DNA of 49,744 nucleotides, from IMG/VR virus record IMGVR_UViG_3300032212_000019, positions 1 to 49,744 of that record; one strand, written 5' to 3'. This DNA comes from a virus (lineage: Duplodnaviria > Caudoviricetes). Positions 33,227 through 43,897 of this stretch are shown here, piece after piece; position 1 is the stretch's first letter, and each line of letters opens with the position of its first letter. The notes beneath the pieces are model-generated. The model did no database searches. It was not told the DNA's origin and worked only from the letters and a program-made list of their open reading frames with translations. A program made the position numbers and the translations under genes.

Positions 33227-36073
33227 CTAGTCATTATCCCTCAACCAAGGTCCTACGATTGGTAGAGCCTCGCCAATCCCTGTAACATCCCCTTCCGTAA
33301 GTAGCTTAAATGCTTTCTCTGGGATAATTCCCGGAGGAGATACAGCACCAATAACACCGCTCAATGGGTCGCTTGAGATGTCATCTATCATGTATTTATT
33401 TGCACCAATGAATGATAGAAGGTTATCGATATAGTCAGACTCAATATCGAACTCAACATTTGGTCCTTCCCGAGCTATATCCTTAAACGCATCAATACCT
33501 GTATCAGCTGCTGAGAATAATATAGCCGCATGAGCTAATCGCTTAGTAGCTGTAGCCTTATCAGGTGCTTCGGTAATAGCCCTTCTCATGTAATCCAGAC
33601 GTTTAATAGTAAATGACTTAAGCATGTATAACATACGGCCATTAGGGTTCTGAGCATACTTAAGAGGCATTTCCGATATAGCAATCGGCTGTACATCACT
33701 TAGTTCATGCCACAAGACTTCCTTAACCTTGTCAGGTATCCTACCTTCCTTCATATCTTTCTTAGTAAGTAACTTCAAGTCACGAGTCACTTCAAGTAAC
33801 TCATCCTTAGTAAAGTAACCATTCCACTTATCATTAAACTCCTTAAAGTCACCTTCACGTTTCTTCTTAGACTTACCTGTAGTAGTTACAAGGTCTTTGT
33901 AATACTTTAGGGCAGCATTCATGTTAGTTTCTTTACCGAGCTTATCAACAGCCTTAAACCCAGACCATTTCAATGACCAATCAAGTGCCCTAGACGTAGC
34001 TGAGGGTGTAGCCACTAAATCTGTAGCAGCTGTAAGAATACCCATCATGTTGTTATCAACGTACTTAGGGCCAAAGATAGCCTTAGCTGTATTGAGATAA
34101 CCAAACTTATGAGCAGCAAAGGCTAAATCACCGAACTGCGTAGCAGCTGCAAGTGGGTTACCAAGCAAGGACATATTAGTTACGTTACGGAACCGTTGCC
34201 ACCCTTTGTGCATAGTGGCAGTTCCGGGTCCAAACCTAGCTGATAGTATTTCAATAACTTTCTGCTGGTCCTCAAAAGGAAGACCCTGTAAGTGTTTACC
34301 CACAATCGACTCAGCAGAGGATTCTAAGTCAGTGCCATCTACCTTGGGCTTACCTTTATGCCCCATGTCCTTAAACATCTTACGCATCTCTATATCATCG
34401 ATAGTAGAACGTAAGTTTTGTAGGAGAGCTTCTTGAGGGCTGGCATAGAACTGACGTACCTCGTCGTCTAGCTCACCACGGATAGTACGTTTATGTACAC
34501 CAGAACCTGTCTTGGCCTTAGCTTTACGAGCACGGCTACCATTGAAAGGTATACCGTCCAGAAGTGTCTCAATCTGTCTAGGGGTTAGTGGAACACCACC
34601 ATTATCTTTCTTAGCTTTATTAAGGATATTCTTAAAGTTAATATCCTCAAGTTTAGCTAAACCATCAAGGTCAGATACAACACGAGGGAAGTAGGCTTTA
34701 GACCGCTTAAGGTCATAACCAGCAGTCTTTAACTCTTTATAATGGCCATCCAATATCTCCTTAACAGCCTTGTAGTCCTTAACAAGAGTCTCACCACCAG
34801 CTTGTTTAAGAGCTTCACGTACCTTCTTAGGGGACTCTGAGCTAAGTGCTCTATCAACAACCTTAAACATCTCAGGCTGAGTCTTCTGTAGTTGGTTTAG
34901 GGTATCTACAAAAGGGTGAACTGCACGGATAGCAGCCCCATACTTCTCGTGAGAGGTACGGTCAAAGTTTTTAACAGCCTTGTAGACAGGTGGAGCTATA
35001 CGTTTAAGAGTGCTAGACATAGGCTCAAGGTATTCATTAAACCCCTTCCCAGCTTTAGCCATAGCCTCAGACGTAGACATCTTGAGGTCCTTGTACTTAG
35101 CAATATAACTAGCTGTCATATTACTTTCAAGGTCTTCCACATTTTGTCTAGCTGCCTTAACACTCTTAACATCTGGTTTACGTCCTGACTTAAGGATAGC
35201 CTTGGCTATACTCTCCTCAGTAGCACCCATTTGTTTATAAGCTAAGTCAATGGCACGAGCTTTGTTACCTTTACCAGTACCAAGGTCAGCCCAATGTTGA
35301 CTGATTAATCGGTTAGCATTATCAATAGTAGAGTTAGCAGCCCTAGACTCAGCAGCACTTGAGTAAGCCTTGGTAGCCTTCATAGTACCTACTAAGGTAC
35401 CAGATAGAGCTCCACCAAATAGGCCACCGTACATAGCATTAGTAAGCCTAGTCTGACCATTCTCCTCATCGACATAGCCAGTACCGCCATAAGCAGCACC
35501 TAGGGCAGCACCAGCCTTAATAGGATTGGCCTTAATAGCCTTCTCAGAGGCCGATGCTGCCTTTACAAGAGAGTTTAGCTTAGTTGCTTTAGCAAGGGCT
35601 AAGGGAGCTGCTACGGCTGTAATAGGGTCTGCTACAGCACCTACAATAGCACCACCAAGAGCATTACCACCGTACTCCTCAGAGGCATACAGTTGGTTCA
35701 TTACATCTTGGTTAAACTTTTCTTCCTCTACATCTATACCAAGCATTTGCTTAGCACCACGGTAAGTATCAGACATCATGTGTCCCATACCTACGAAGAA
35801 GGCAGCAGTATCTTTATCTACTTCAATCTGAGCAGGACCAATACCTACGGTAGTAGGGAGGTTTTGAGCTACTTTAGTGTCTGCGGGCTTAGCGGTCTGT
35901 TCTTTAGGTTCAGCTGTAGAGTAATCGTTAGCTAACTCCTGCGCCATGTCCTTAGTATTAGTAGACGTACCTAGATACTCGGACGCTAGTTCATCAGCTA
36001 TCCCCGTACTATCAATAGAAGGTGTACCCTCTGCAAGGTATTCCTCTGCCAATTCGTCAGCCATACTTCCCAT
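33227..36073 (-). CDS. Large internal virion (ejection) protein
   Basis: 948 aa helical; Gly/Ala hydrophobic segments; last large gene of the structural arm. Confidence 0.65.
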   Translation of the reverse strand: MGSMADELAEEYLAEGTPSIDSTGIADELASEYLGTSTNTKDMAQELANDYSTAEPKEQTAKPADTKVAQNLPTTVGIGPAQIEVDKDTAAFFVGMGHMMSDTYRGAKQMLGIDVEEEKFNQDVMNQLYASEEYGGNALGGAIVGAVADPITAVAAPLALAKATKLNSLVKAASASEKAIKANPIKAGAALGAAYGGTGYVDEENGQTRLTNAMYGGLFGGALSGTLVGTMKATKAYSSAAESRAANSTIDNANRLISQHWADLGTGKGNKARAIDLAYKQMGATEESIAKAILKSGRKPDVKSVKAARQNVEDLESNMTASYIAKYKDLKMSTSEAMAKAGKGFNEYLEPMSSTLKRIAPPVYKAVKNFDRTSHEKYGAAIRAVHPFVDTLNQLQKTQPEMFKVVDRALSSESPKKVREALKQAGGETLVKDYKAVKEILDGHYKELKTAGYDLKRSKAYFPRVVSDLDGLAKLEDINFKNILNKAKKDNGGVPLTPRQIETLLDGIPFNGSRARKAKAKTGSGVHKRTIRGELDDEVRQFYASPQEALLQNLRSTIDDIEMRKMFKDMGHKGKPKVDGTDLESSAESIVGKHLQGLPFEDQQKVIEILSARFGPGTATMHKGWQRFRNVTNMSLLGNPLAAATQFGDLAFAAHKFGYLNTAKAIFGPKYVDNNMMGILTAATDLVATPSATSRALDWSLKWSGFKAVDKLGKETNMNAALKYYKDLVTTTGKSKKKREGDFKEFNDKWNGYFTKDELLEVTRDLKLLTKKDMKEGRIPDKVKEVLWHELSDVQPIAISEMPLKYAQNPNGRMLYMLKSFTIKRLDYMRRAITEAPDKATATKRLAHAAILFSAADTGIDAFKDIAREGPNVEFDIESDYIDNLLSFIGANKYMIDDISSDPLSGVIGAVSPPGIIPEKAFKLLTEGDVTGIGEALPIVGPWLRDND

Positions 36074-36075
36074 TG

Positions 36076-37140
36076 TTATTTTGACCCACTGTATGTGTAC
36101 TTATTGGTACTAAGCCAGTCAGTATTCTCTTTGAGCTCACGTCCCACACGTTCAAAGGCCATCTCTAGAGCTGTAGAGTGGTCTAAGACTTCGCCCTTCT
36201 TGGCTACAGCTTCCATAAGCTGTTTAGCTACAGAGATTACGTCTGTCTTGTACTCAGCAGTGTCATCAGCAGATAATTCTCCAAGATTTCCACTACCCTC
36301 AATACGGGGGTCCTTAGACATCAGGACTTCCATTTTAGTCTCGACTTCATCGGCTGTAAGAAGTTTAGGGGATAACTTACCCTTACCCTTGGCTTTAGCT
36401 TTGGCAGAGCTCTCCCATACCTTACGAGCTGCATCTTGGTAAGCAGGAAACATCTTCTCCACCTCGGAAAGGGCATTAACTAACTGAGCACCCTTCATCT
36501 TACTTAAGCGGTCAAACTCATCATCACCCGCATCAGAGGCCAAGTCTTTAAGACCACCTAACTGTTCATTCAAAGCTTTAGATAAGGCAGCTGGGTCATT
36601 CCCATACTTACCAAGCATGATAGAAACCAGACCCATCGCTTCATCGTCCTTACGCGCTTGTTCTTCTAGTTCAGTTTCGGAGTTGAACTTAGAAGTTTCC
36701 GCTTTAAGCTTCTCAACCGTAGCTTGGTCTTTCATTATAGTTGCGACTTGAGCTTGTTGAGCTTGATACTCTGACTCAAACCCACTACTACGTGCTATCT
36801 CTGCTCTTTCGGTGTCTGTAGCTCCTCTCCATGCAGGGTCAGCCTGTTGAGCTGTCCATTGAGAAGCCTTCTCTTGGGAGGCTAATAAACTCTCGGCTTC
36901 ATTCTCCTTAGCTTGGAGAGTCTTATCCCTAACATCCTTCTCCGCTAGGTACTCAGCAGCCTTATTCTGCTCAGACTGAATCTGGAGGTCTCTAAGGCTC
37001 TGTTGTTGACCCATACCTGTGAGGGTAGCTTCTTCTAAACGACGCTTACGCGCCTCCTCTGGACGTTCTATGAACCCTTTACGAGCATTCTCGTAGAATC
37101 GCTCACCAGATGATGCTATTAGTTGATTTAAGTTAGGCAT
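36076..37140 (-). CDS. Internal virion protein
   Basis: Helical Q/E/K/A-rich; between other ejection proteins. Confidence 0.6.
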   Translation of the reverse strand: MPNLNQLIASSGERFYENARKGFIERPEEARKRRLEEATLTGMGQQQSLRDLQIQSEQNKAAEYLAEKDVRDKTLQAKENEAESLLASQEKASQWTAQQADPAWRGATDTERAEIARSSGFESEYQAQQAQVATIMKDQATVEKLKAETSKFNSETELEEQARKDDEAMGLVSIMLGKYGNDPAALSKALNEQLGGLKDLASDAGDDEFDRLSKMKGAQLVNALSEVEKMFPAYQDAARKVWESSAKAKAKGKGKLSPKLLTADEVETKMEVLMSKDPRIEGSGNLGELSADDTAEYKTDVISVAKQLMEAVAKKGEVLDHSTALEMAFERVGRELKENTDWLSTNKYTYSGSK

Positions 37141-37142
37141 AA

Positions 37143-38009
37143 TTATTGACCCCTATTCCAGTCATAAGACGAGGCAGGTTTAGCATATTGAGACAAAGGG
37201 CTTGGTCCTCGGTTAGAAGGGGGTAACTGGCCAAGGCCACTGTACTGTCTACCAATATCACCAACAGCAGATGAGATAGCCCCAAACTGACCAAGTGTAC
37301 CAGCAGCTTGAGCCTGTCCAGTAGCACCAATAGCACTGGTAATACCACTTGTAGCATTCTCACGAGCTTGTATTTGTTGACCCGAAGCCTCAAGACCAAT
37401 ACTGCCTAAGTTAGCTTGACGATTGAGTACATCTTCATACTGACGACCATACTGGCCAAGTGAGCGGTCATAAGCAGACTGTTCAAGACCCACTTGATTA
37501 GTATAGTCAGAAGCAGCACGACCCCTTGCAGCAGCAAACTCTTGTGAGCCTAAGCGTTGTCCATAGTCTTGAAGACCTGCAAACCTTTCACCAGAGATAC
37601 GTTTACCTAGACCAGCAAAGTTACGGTTAAGAGCACGTTCACCTTCACTCCGTCTAAACTCATATCCCGGGTCTTTGTACTGTTCAAACTCCTCAGCACC
37701 AAACTTAAACTGGTCTGGGAGATTAGATTGGATAAGACCCTCATAGTCACCTTGTCGATTAACAAGGTCCTGATAAGACTCAAACCCCTCAAGGCCAGCT
37801 TCACGGAAGGGGGCTAAGTCTTTACGAGTTTCATCAAACTGCCTGCGCTCCTCCCGTATCTTATCTCGCTCTGCGTCAGCAGCTTGGTCTGAGGCTTTCT
37901 TAGCACCAAAGGCACCAATAACACCACTGACAAGACCACCTAAAAAGTACTTAGGCTTAAGTGGAGCTGTTGCTAGGTTAATTATAAATTCATATGGTGT
38001 AGTGTACAT
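37143..38009 (-). CDS. DNA transfer/ejection protein (P22 gp7-like)
   Basis: Gly/Ala N-terminal segment, 'QF.......PF..AG', 'DPGY.FR...G', 'GQAQAAG'. Confidence 0.7.
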   Translation of the reverse strand: MYTTPYEFIINLATAPLKPKYFLGGLVSGVIGAFGAKKASDQAADAERDKIREERRQFDETRKDLAPFREAGLEGFESYQDLVNRQGDYEGLIQSNLPDQFKFGAEEFEQYKDPGYEFRRSEGERALNRNFAGLGKRISGERFAGLQDYGQRLGSQEFAAARGRAASDYTNQVGLEQSAYDRSLGQYGRQYEDVLNRQANLGSIGLEASGQQIQARENATSGITSAIGATGQAQAAGTLGQFGAISSAVGDIGRQYSGLGQLPPSNRGPSPLSQYAKPASSYDWNRGQ

Positions 38010-38011
38010 AT

Positions 38012-38332
38012 CTAACCCTTCTGTTCAAGGTACGTAGTTGCTATAGGAAGGTTACTAATACTTTGCATAACCTTCCCTAGGTCTTGATTATCGGACTTCA
38101 TTTCATTACGGAAGGACTCTATAGCACTTCCTGTTCTTATTTGCTTACCTGTATTCTCAATAATTAACTTAGGTAAGATAGCCATGGCACAATAGGATTG
38201 GTTAATATCCTTATCAGTCTGCGGGTCCTTACCCGCTATCTCGGTGTACCAAGCACATCTTAGGATTTTACCATCCTGAATATCCTCACACTTTGAGCCA
38301 AGTGGACAAGTAATTTCTGTTTCAATACTCAT
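38012..38332 (-). CDS. Cys-containing tail-fibre-associated protein
   Basis: 'CPL...C', 'CAW....G.DPQT', 'CA', 'ESFRNEM'; follows a fibre gene. Confidence 0.7.
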   Translation of the reverse strand: MSIETEITCPLGSKCEDIQDGKILRCAWYTEIAGKDPQTDKDINQSYCAMAILPKLIIENTGKQIRTGSAIESFRNEMKSDNQDLGKVMQSISNLPIATTYLEQKG

Positions 38333-39156
38333 TAATCTTTAGTCGCTATAATCATTTGAGCATACTTAACCTGTAGGTCAATGTTATGTGTGTGGCCATC
38401 TCCACTACCAGCAGAACCAGAGTCCTCAGAACCCTGTGTTCGACCCGAGCCAGTATCCAAGGTGCTACCACCACTTAAGTAGGTAGTGTATGTATGAGTA
38501 TGCGCTGGCATTTCAGCAATGGTTAGTACATGTGAGTCAGTGGCTGTTCTACCATAGATTGTACTAAAATCTACTGAACCACCTGTAGAACCGCCATTAG
38601 CACTTGTCTCTGTAACAATCTCAATAGCGTGACTGGCAAGAGCATCACTACCTGTCCAGCCTGTAGGTGCAGCAGCTTGATAGAATACCATGGCTGTCCC
38701 AGCTGGGAAGTTATCAATAACGTCATCTGTACTAGCGAAAGACTTACCTTCAAGGCCACCGAGAGAACGAGTGATGTAGTTCCACTTACCACCAGTAGAA
38801 TCAGTCTGGATAGTAGCTGTGCTGTACTGTGGGATAGTAAAGGATGTAGCACCATCCTCCATTGTATCAGAACCACCACAAGTAACTGTTACAAGACCTG
38901 CTCCAATGTTCTTAAGCACAACAAGGAAGTCAGAGATTTGAGAATCGTTATTACCATCTAAGGTTGAGATAGCAGTAAGAGTTACAGCAATTGGTGATAC
39001 ATTACTATACTCAATAGTCTTATTCTCATCGGTGTGGTCAATCGTATGAGAAGTACCTGTAACGGACTCATTGATACCATTCAAGGTATCCCAGTTGGTA
39101 TCACCTTGAGCTTGTGTTAATAGTGCGCCTGCACCTTGTCTTGTTACTAAAGCCAT
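38332..39156 (-). CDS. Short tail fibre with collar-like C-terminus
   Basis: 'F.Q..APTGW', 'LTIAEMPAHTH', 'GHTH'. Confidence 0.8.
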   Translation of the reverse strand: MALVTRQGAGALLTQAQGDTNWDTLNGINESVTGTSHTIDHTDENKTIEYSNVSPIAVTLTAISTLDGNNDSQISDFLVVLKNIGAGLVTVTCGGSDTMEDGATSFTIPQYSTATIQTDSTGGKWNYITRSLGGLEGKSFASTDDVIDNFPAGTAMVFYQAAAPTGWTGSDALASHAIEIVTETSANGGSTGGSVDFSTIYGRTATDSHVLTIAEMPAHTHTYTTYLSGGSTLDTGSGRTQGSEDSGSAGSGDGHTHNIDLQVKYAQMIIATKD

Positions 39157-39159
39157 TTC

Positions 39160-39414
39160 TTATGAGCCTCCATTAAGCTGAGTAAGTTCAGCAAGGTAAT
39201 CTTCTTTAGCTAGGGATATGATTGAGACACCATTTTCTGGAAAGGTATCGTTTGCCTTACCATATACCCACTCGGTTTCTTCCAACTTAGAATCATCATA
39301 TGAATGTTCATATGCTTCTACCATTATTTCTTGAGCATTGTACCCTTCTGGGTATGTAAACTTTATACCACCACCAGCTATTGATTTAGTTACTGATACT
39401 TTTAAGTACTTCAT
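39160..39414 (-). CDS. Small tail-region protein
   Basis: ATGA coupling; AAGGA RBS. Confidence 0.6.
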   Translation of the reverse strand: MKYLKVSVTKSIAGGGIKFTYPEGYNAQEIMVEAYEHSYDDSKLEETEWVYGKANDTFPENGVSIISLAKEDYLAELTQLNGGS

Positions 39415-40094
39415 ATTGGTTCCTTACTAGCAGCTAATCCGTAGCCACCATTAGTTGGAGATGTTAATGTAAATAGTAGGGTATTAGAAACCCCGTCAAA
39501 GTGGTAAATCTTTCCATCTATGGTGGAGGCTACAAATAGGTCTTTCTTATTGAAGGTTATACCGGAACTACCACCTCCACTTGTTATGGTAAAGTCATTT
39601 AAAATCGTATTTGTAAACCCATCATGCCTTCTTATACGATTAGTAGTCTGATATGTCAATATATCATCATTATTATCCGAGGCTATATCTTCTATATTGT
39701 ACGTCGTATTCAAGTTAGAATCTAAAGTGCCTGATAGACCTACAAACTTCCTGATTCTCCTAGGCTCTCCAGTGATTTGTCGAATCTGAGTAATATGTAA
39801 GTTCCCATCAATAACTGTTACTCCCCGCGGGGTGGTGCTTGTAAAAGTGGTAACATAGAAATCAATAGTACTTGTTTCTCCGATGAAGAAGTAGGTACGA
39901 GGGTCATTACGAAACTCCATGGCTCCTAAACCACCTTCACTCCTACAGAGTTTTCTAATAGTTGTTCTAACGGTTGGGGTAAAGGAACTGGCAATCGTAT
40001 CTGTGAAGCCCTGATGTATACTTACCTTATCTGATAACCCTAACGAGATAAGATGCCCCAATCCACCAGCCATTGCATGGTACAGTGGAAACAT
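39411..40094 (-). CDS. Putative beta-propeller tail/receptor-binding protein
   Basis: Repeated 'I..(H/F).G...T' blades with 'GIT/GVT' strands. Confidence 0.5.
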   Translation of the reverse strand: MFPLYHAMAGGLGHLISLGLSDKVSIHQGFTDTIASSFTPTVRTTIRKLCRSEGGLGAMEFRNDPRTYFFIGETSTIDFYVTTFTSTTPRGVTVIDGNLHITQIRQITGEPRRIRKFVGLSGTLDSNLNTTYNIEDIASDNNDDILTYQTTNRIRRHDGFTNTILNDFTITSGGGSSGITFNKKDLFVASTIDGKIYHFDGVSNTLLFTLTSPTNGGYGLAASKEPI

Positions 40095-40951
40095 TAAACT
40101 AAGTCACCAAACAAAGCCCAAGCATTAGGAGAGCCAGCGGTAGTCTTAAGTATAGCACCAGATGAACCCTGTACACTTAAACTCAGTAAACTATTAGCAG
40201 ATAATATAGTATCTGAACCTTCCTTAGCTACTGTAACTTGCCCAGCACCCTTATTAATAATAACACACTGGAAACCTTCGGCTATTGTCTCAGTACTTGT
40301 CTGAGGTAACGTAAGGGTTATAGCAGAAGCATTATCTAGTGTAACAACCTTACCGTTATCTGTACCTACTAATGTGTATGTTGTACCAGTCTGGGCATTA
40401 ATATTAGAACCATGTCCAGATAGGTTATCATCATCATCAATAAGGACACCTGAATCTTGAGGTAAGTCGCCAGTAGTTCCATCCCAACGCATTACTGCGT
40501 TATCTGTAGATGAACTTATCTTCTTAACCTGAGCATCGTTAGTTACGTTATCTAAGTCATCAGGTGATAGTGCAGGCTCTACAACTAAGTGCCATGTAGT
40601 ACCATCACAAAATAACTGCGCTGCATCATAGTTATCATCAAGAGTTATTGATGCTGCCCCATCAATATTATCAGATGAAGCAATAGTGACTGTGCCAGCA
40701 GCTGTTACTCGCTTGATGTAGTAAGATATATCCTCACTTACATCAGCACTTGGTAGCGTTACTGTTACATTGCTTGTGACTATGATGATAGCTTCTTTAT
40801 CTGCCGTAGTATCAGCCGACACCTCAATATGAGATAGATGCTTATTTAAGTCATTTGACTCCTGCATGGTACTAAACCATGTCTTCCAAGCAGGATTATT
40901 AACATCATCTACTGTAGAAGGTGGAGGACTGACCTTAGAATTAGAAGCCAC
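40094..40951 (-). CDS. Tail needle/fibre-like protein
   Basis: Two 'TLTLP' domains, 'WDGTTG..QDS'; follows the gp10-like gene. Confidence 0.6.
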   Translation of the reverse strand: MASNSKVSPPPSTVDDVNNPAWKTWFSTMQESNDLNKHLSHIEVSADTTADKEAIIIVTSNVTVTLPSADVSEDISYYIKRVTAAGTVTIASSDNIDGAASITLDDNYDAAQLFCDGTTWHLVVEPALSPDDLDNVTNDAQVKKISSSTDNAVMRWDGTTGDLPQDSGVLIDDDDNLSGHGSNINAQTGTTYTLVGTDNGKVVTLDNASAITLTLPQTSTETIAEGFQCVIINKGAGQVTVAKEGSDTILSANSLLSLSVQGSSGAILKTTAGSPNAWALFGDLV

Positions 40952-42516
40952 TAATGGTCACCTACCGTAACATCAATCTCAATATCATCAACATACAACT
41001 GGTCTGCACCAGAGTAATCGATTTGGTAATTACGTTTAGTAAACTTGCCCCCACGCCTAGCTATATTTCGTCTACTTGTATCCATAGTACGGCCATCAGT
41101 GAAGGTACCATCTTGTTCAGCACCAGTAGACCACTTCAATGTCATTGTCTGTGACGTAGGTGTTTCATCAATAGTTGGCTTAGCTGTATGTTGGAACTTA
41201 AGTTTATTAGTATCCCCATCCCAATCACCTGTCCTAATACCTAGGTCAATTGCAGATGAGTTATCAGGGGATGTTAAACTAAAGTAACCTTCTTCAAAGA
41301 CATCATCTTCAAAGTAACCTGTGAAACCCAAGATGGTATCGAGAGGTATCATATTATCACCGAGGGTAATTACATCACCATTCGCCATAATACCCTCACC
41401 AATACGAGCACTAGCTGTTGCACTAGAACCACCTGTACGCTTAGTCCATGCCATCAGGGGGAATACTGTATTACCGTTAACAGCAGTTGTCCATACACCC
41501 CAGAGCTTAGTCATAGTATCAAATACAAGAGTCTTCTCAGGTGCAATAGCTGGAGTAGCCTCTGTAGATAAACTGTAAACAGTTAGGATATAGAACAAGT
41601 GACCTTGGGCATTAAAACCAGTACCAACAATACGCAGTTCTTCTTTGGTTACGTTATGGTTAATGTAAGAACCAATTGTATCTGTAGATACTTTCTCTAG
41701 TCCATAGTTCTCTAACTTATACACACCCAGTGAGCCACTTGGGTCAGAACCTACAAAGTAAACTAAGTCCCCGTTCTCCCAGACAGATAGGCCATCACCA
41801 CAACCTGTATTATGGAATATATCTTGTCGTCTGTTTAGGGGTGAGCCAACCTTATTAGCAGCATCATAAAAGAACTCTACAGTACGAGTACCGAAAGCTA
41901 CAATACCATCTTTGTGCCTACCTAAGTAAACACCTTTATCTGCATTACGTTCTGCTGTGATGAAACCAGTAGCAGGAAATGAATCTACATTGTCTAGGGC
42001 ACTGTTGTAGATAATACCAGTCTCATCCATTACGAACCAGTAGCCATCTAGTACTGCCCCGCCATGTACAAGTGTAGATGGGAAGTTAGTAGGGGCATGT
42101 GCAGATAACGAATGACTTGTATTAATCTTCTTAGCATTATTATTCTCAGCATCCACCAACATCAGTACAGGGTTACCACCACTGTCTTTGGACTCATGGA
42201 AAGATATACGCTCTGTACCAGCTGAGATAGTACCTACTGTAGTACTGTAGTTATTACGGTATACTGTATCATTCTCTACAAAGTAAAGAGTAGTATTCTC
42301 TTCCCAGTAGTAGACACCACGACCCCTATCGTCAAGACCGCCAGCCGCTACAGCATCCTCGAATATATCGATAGATGGTCTTTGTGTTACTTGAACCTTA
42401 TCACCAAGTTTCTGTACTACACCATTGGTAAGTCCAGAGACATACTCAGTGATACCCGCACCACTGAATGCCTTGATAATGAAGTCAACAACAACAGGTA
42501 CTTTTGTAATAGGCAT
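40951..42516 (-). CDS. Tail tubular B / P22 gp10-like DNA stabilisation protein
   Basis: Beta-propeller-like; 'DGYWF', 'AE..AD', 'FG..T.E', 'GH.FY.L', 'T.VFD..T..W'. Confidence 0.7.
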   Translation of the reverse strand: MPITKVPVVVDFIIKAFSGAGITEYVSGLTNGVVQKLGDKVQVTQRPSIDIFEDAVAAGGLDDRGRGVYYWEENTTLYFVENDTVYRNNYSTTVGTISAGTERISFHESKDSGGNPVLMLVDAENNNAKKINTSHSLSAHAPTNFPSTLVHGGAVLDGYWFVMDETGIIYNSALDNVDSFPATGFITAERNADKGVYLGRHKDGIVAFGTRTVEFFYDAANKVGSPLNRRQDIFHNTGCGDGLSVWENGDLVYFVGSDPSGSLGVYKLENYGLEKVSTDTIGSYINHNVTKEELRIVGTGFNAQGHLFYILTVYSLSTEATPAIAPEKTLVFDTMTKLWGVWTTAVNGNTVFPLMAWTKRTGGSSATASARIGEGIMANGDVITLGDNMIPLDTILGFTGYFEDDVFEEGYFSLTSPDNSSAIDLGIRTGDWDGDTNKLKFQHTAKPTIDETPTSQTMTLKWSTGAEQDGTFTDGRTMDTSRRNIARRGGKFTKRNYQIDYSGADQLYVDDIEIDVTVGDH

Positions 42517-43238
42517 TAACGACAGTCCGGTGCTAAGTAAATAGAAGAATCCTCTTGGTCCCAGTCCAGAACCTTATCCTTAACAAAGGTAGCTTCTTCA
42601 TGTAGTAATTGTCTTTCAAGACGAGGCAGACCATATTCAGGGGCTAAACGTGTAGCTAATCCATACTTAATAGCCTCATACCACTCAGAAGGAAACTCAA
42701 AGGAATCAGTACTTGATACATCCATATCATCATAAGGCTTATGGTATAGAATCTCTAAAGTATTATCAGCTGCAAAGGTAGCATCTGGAGCTGGCCATAC
42801 GTTAAGTACACCATCATCCAATTGAAGGTCATAGTAATAGTTTACAGGTGTACCTTCACTGTCCTTATCAGATAGAGTCCAGTATTCCTCACGACTCATC
42901 TTAATCAAGACAACATCCGTAGCAGTCGCTGTAGTACGTCGGTACATATCGATGATACGCATTGGACGAGAACCTACTACATCACCAGATGGATTAGTAA
43001 CACCCAAGCTATACTGATACTGACTCTCGACAGGAGTAAGGCTCTTTGTACGTACTTGCCAGAGCTGTAGACCATCTGCTTGCCAAGCCTTAAGCATGAT
43101 GTTAAGGGTTATAACTGCTTGGTCTATTTCAGCTTGTGTTGGGTCTTCATCAATTGAACCGACACCAATCAAGCGGAGAGATGCCTTAACAAGGTCATCA
43201 CGTTTTATCTCGTAATCTGTTGAAGCTGTTAGTGCCAT
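42516..43238 (-). CDS. Head-tail adaptor / tail tubular protein A
   Basis: 'LN.ML..WQ..G..LW', 'G.P..YY', 'VWP.PD', 'FP.EW..A..YGLA..LA'. Confidence 0.78.
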   Translation of the reverse strand: MALTASTDYEIKRDDLVKASLRLIGVGSIDEDPTQAEIDQAVITLNIMLKAWQADGLQLWQVRTKSLTPVESQYQYSLGVTNPSGDVVGSRPMRIIDMYRRTTATATDVVLIKMSREEYWTLSDKDSEGTPVNYYYDLQLDDGVLNVWPAPDATFAADNTLEILYHKPYDDMDVSSTDSFEFPSEWYEAIKYGLATRLAPEYGLPRLERQLLHEEATFVKDKVLDWDQEDSSIYLAPDCR

Positions 43239-43247
43239 TTATAACTC

Positions 43248-43586
43248 CTAGTATTCTACAAGGATTGGTCGATAGTGTACGTGTATATGGTCACCCTCAA
43301 CAAGCACGTAATATTCTTCTCCTAGAGCTTCCTCTAGTTTGGTACGGATATTATCCTTAGTGACAATAGACATCTGGGTACCAGTTCGGTCAGCCCAAGT
43401 TCTAAGGTCAATAGCCCTACCCCCTGCGTGTTCAGACTTCCTCTTGTGTTTACCTTCAATACCAGATGTAACACAGAATACGTGTCCGAACCCAAGGTTT
43501 GACCAGATGTCATTAGCTACAGCTACGATTAACATAGCTTGAGGGATTACCCCGTGCAGCCTAACACCTTTCTTTATCTTAATCAT
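43248..43586 (-). CDS. Putative endolysin, peptidase M15/Hedgehog-type zinc peptidase
   Basis: 'TSG.EG.H...S.H..G.A.DLR' and 'DHIHV'. Confidence 0.7.
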   Translation of the reverse strand: MIKIKKGVRLHGVIPQAMLIVAVANDIWSNLGFGHVFCVTSGIEGKHKRKSEHAGGRAIDLRTWADRTGTQMSIVTKDNIRTKLEEALGEEYYVLVEGDHIHVHYRPILVEY

Positions 43587-43879
43587 TACTTAAGTAATCC
43601 CTTCTCAACATAATCTACGAGGGGTTTACGACGAGCTTGTTCGTTATGTACTTTATCTATGACAATCTTAAGGTCGGATAATATATCTTTGACTTCATCC
43701 ATCGTCTTACCTAGCTCACTCGTTCGTAGTTCTAATACTCGTACCCGTTCAACAATCGGCGGGTCTGTATCAAGGGTCCTGACTACGTACCAAGCCTGTC
43801 CTAGACTTACTGTTAGGTTAACCCCTAGGGCTACCATAACACCAATCATAACTCTCTCACTCATATGCCAACTCATCAT
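43586..43879 (-). CDS. Putative holin-like membrane protein
   Basis: N-terminal TM segment plus coiled coil; coupled to the peptidase. Confidence 0.45.
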   Translation of the reverse strand: MMSWHMSERVMIGVMVALGVNLTVSLGQAWYVVRTLDTDPPIVERVRVLELRTSELGKTMDEVKDILSDLKIVIDKVHNEQARRKPLVDYVEKGLLK

Positions 43880-43897
43880 TAACCCTTTATTTATTGT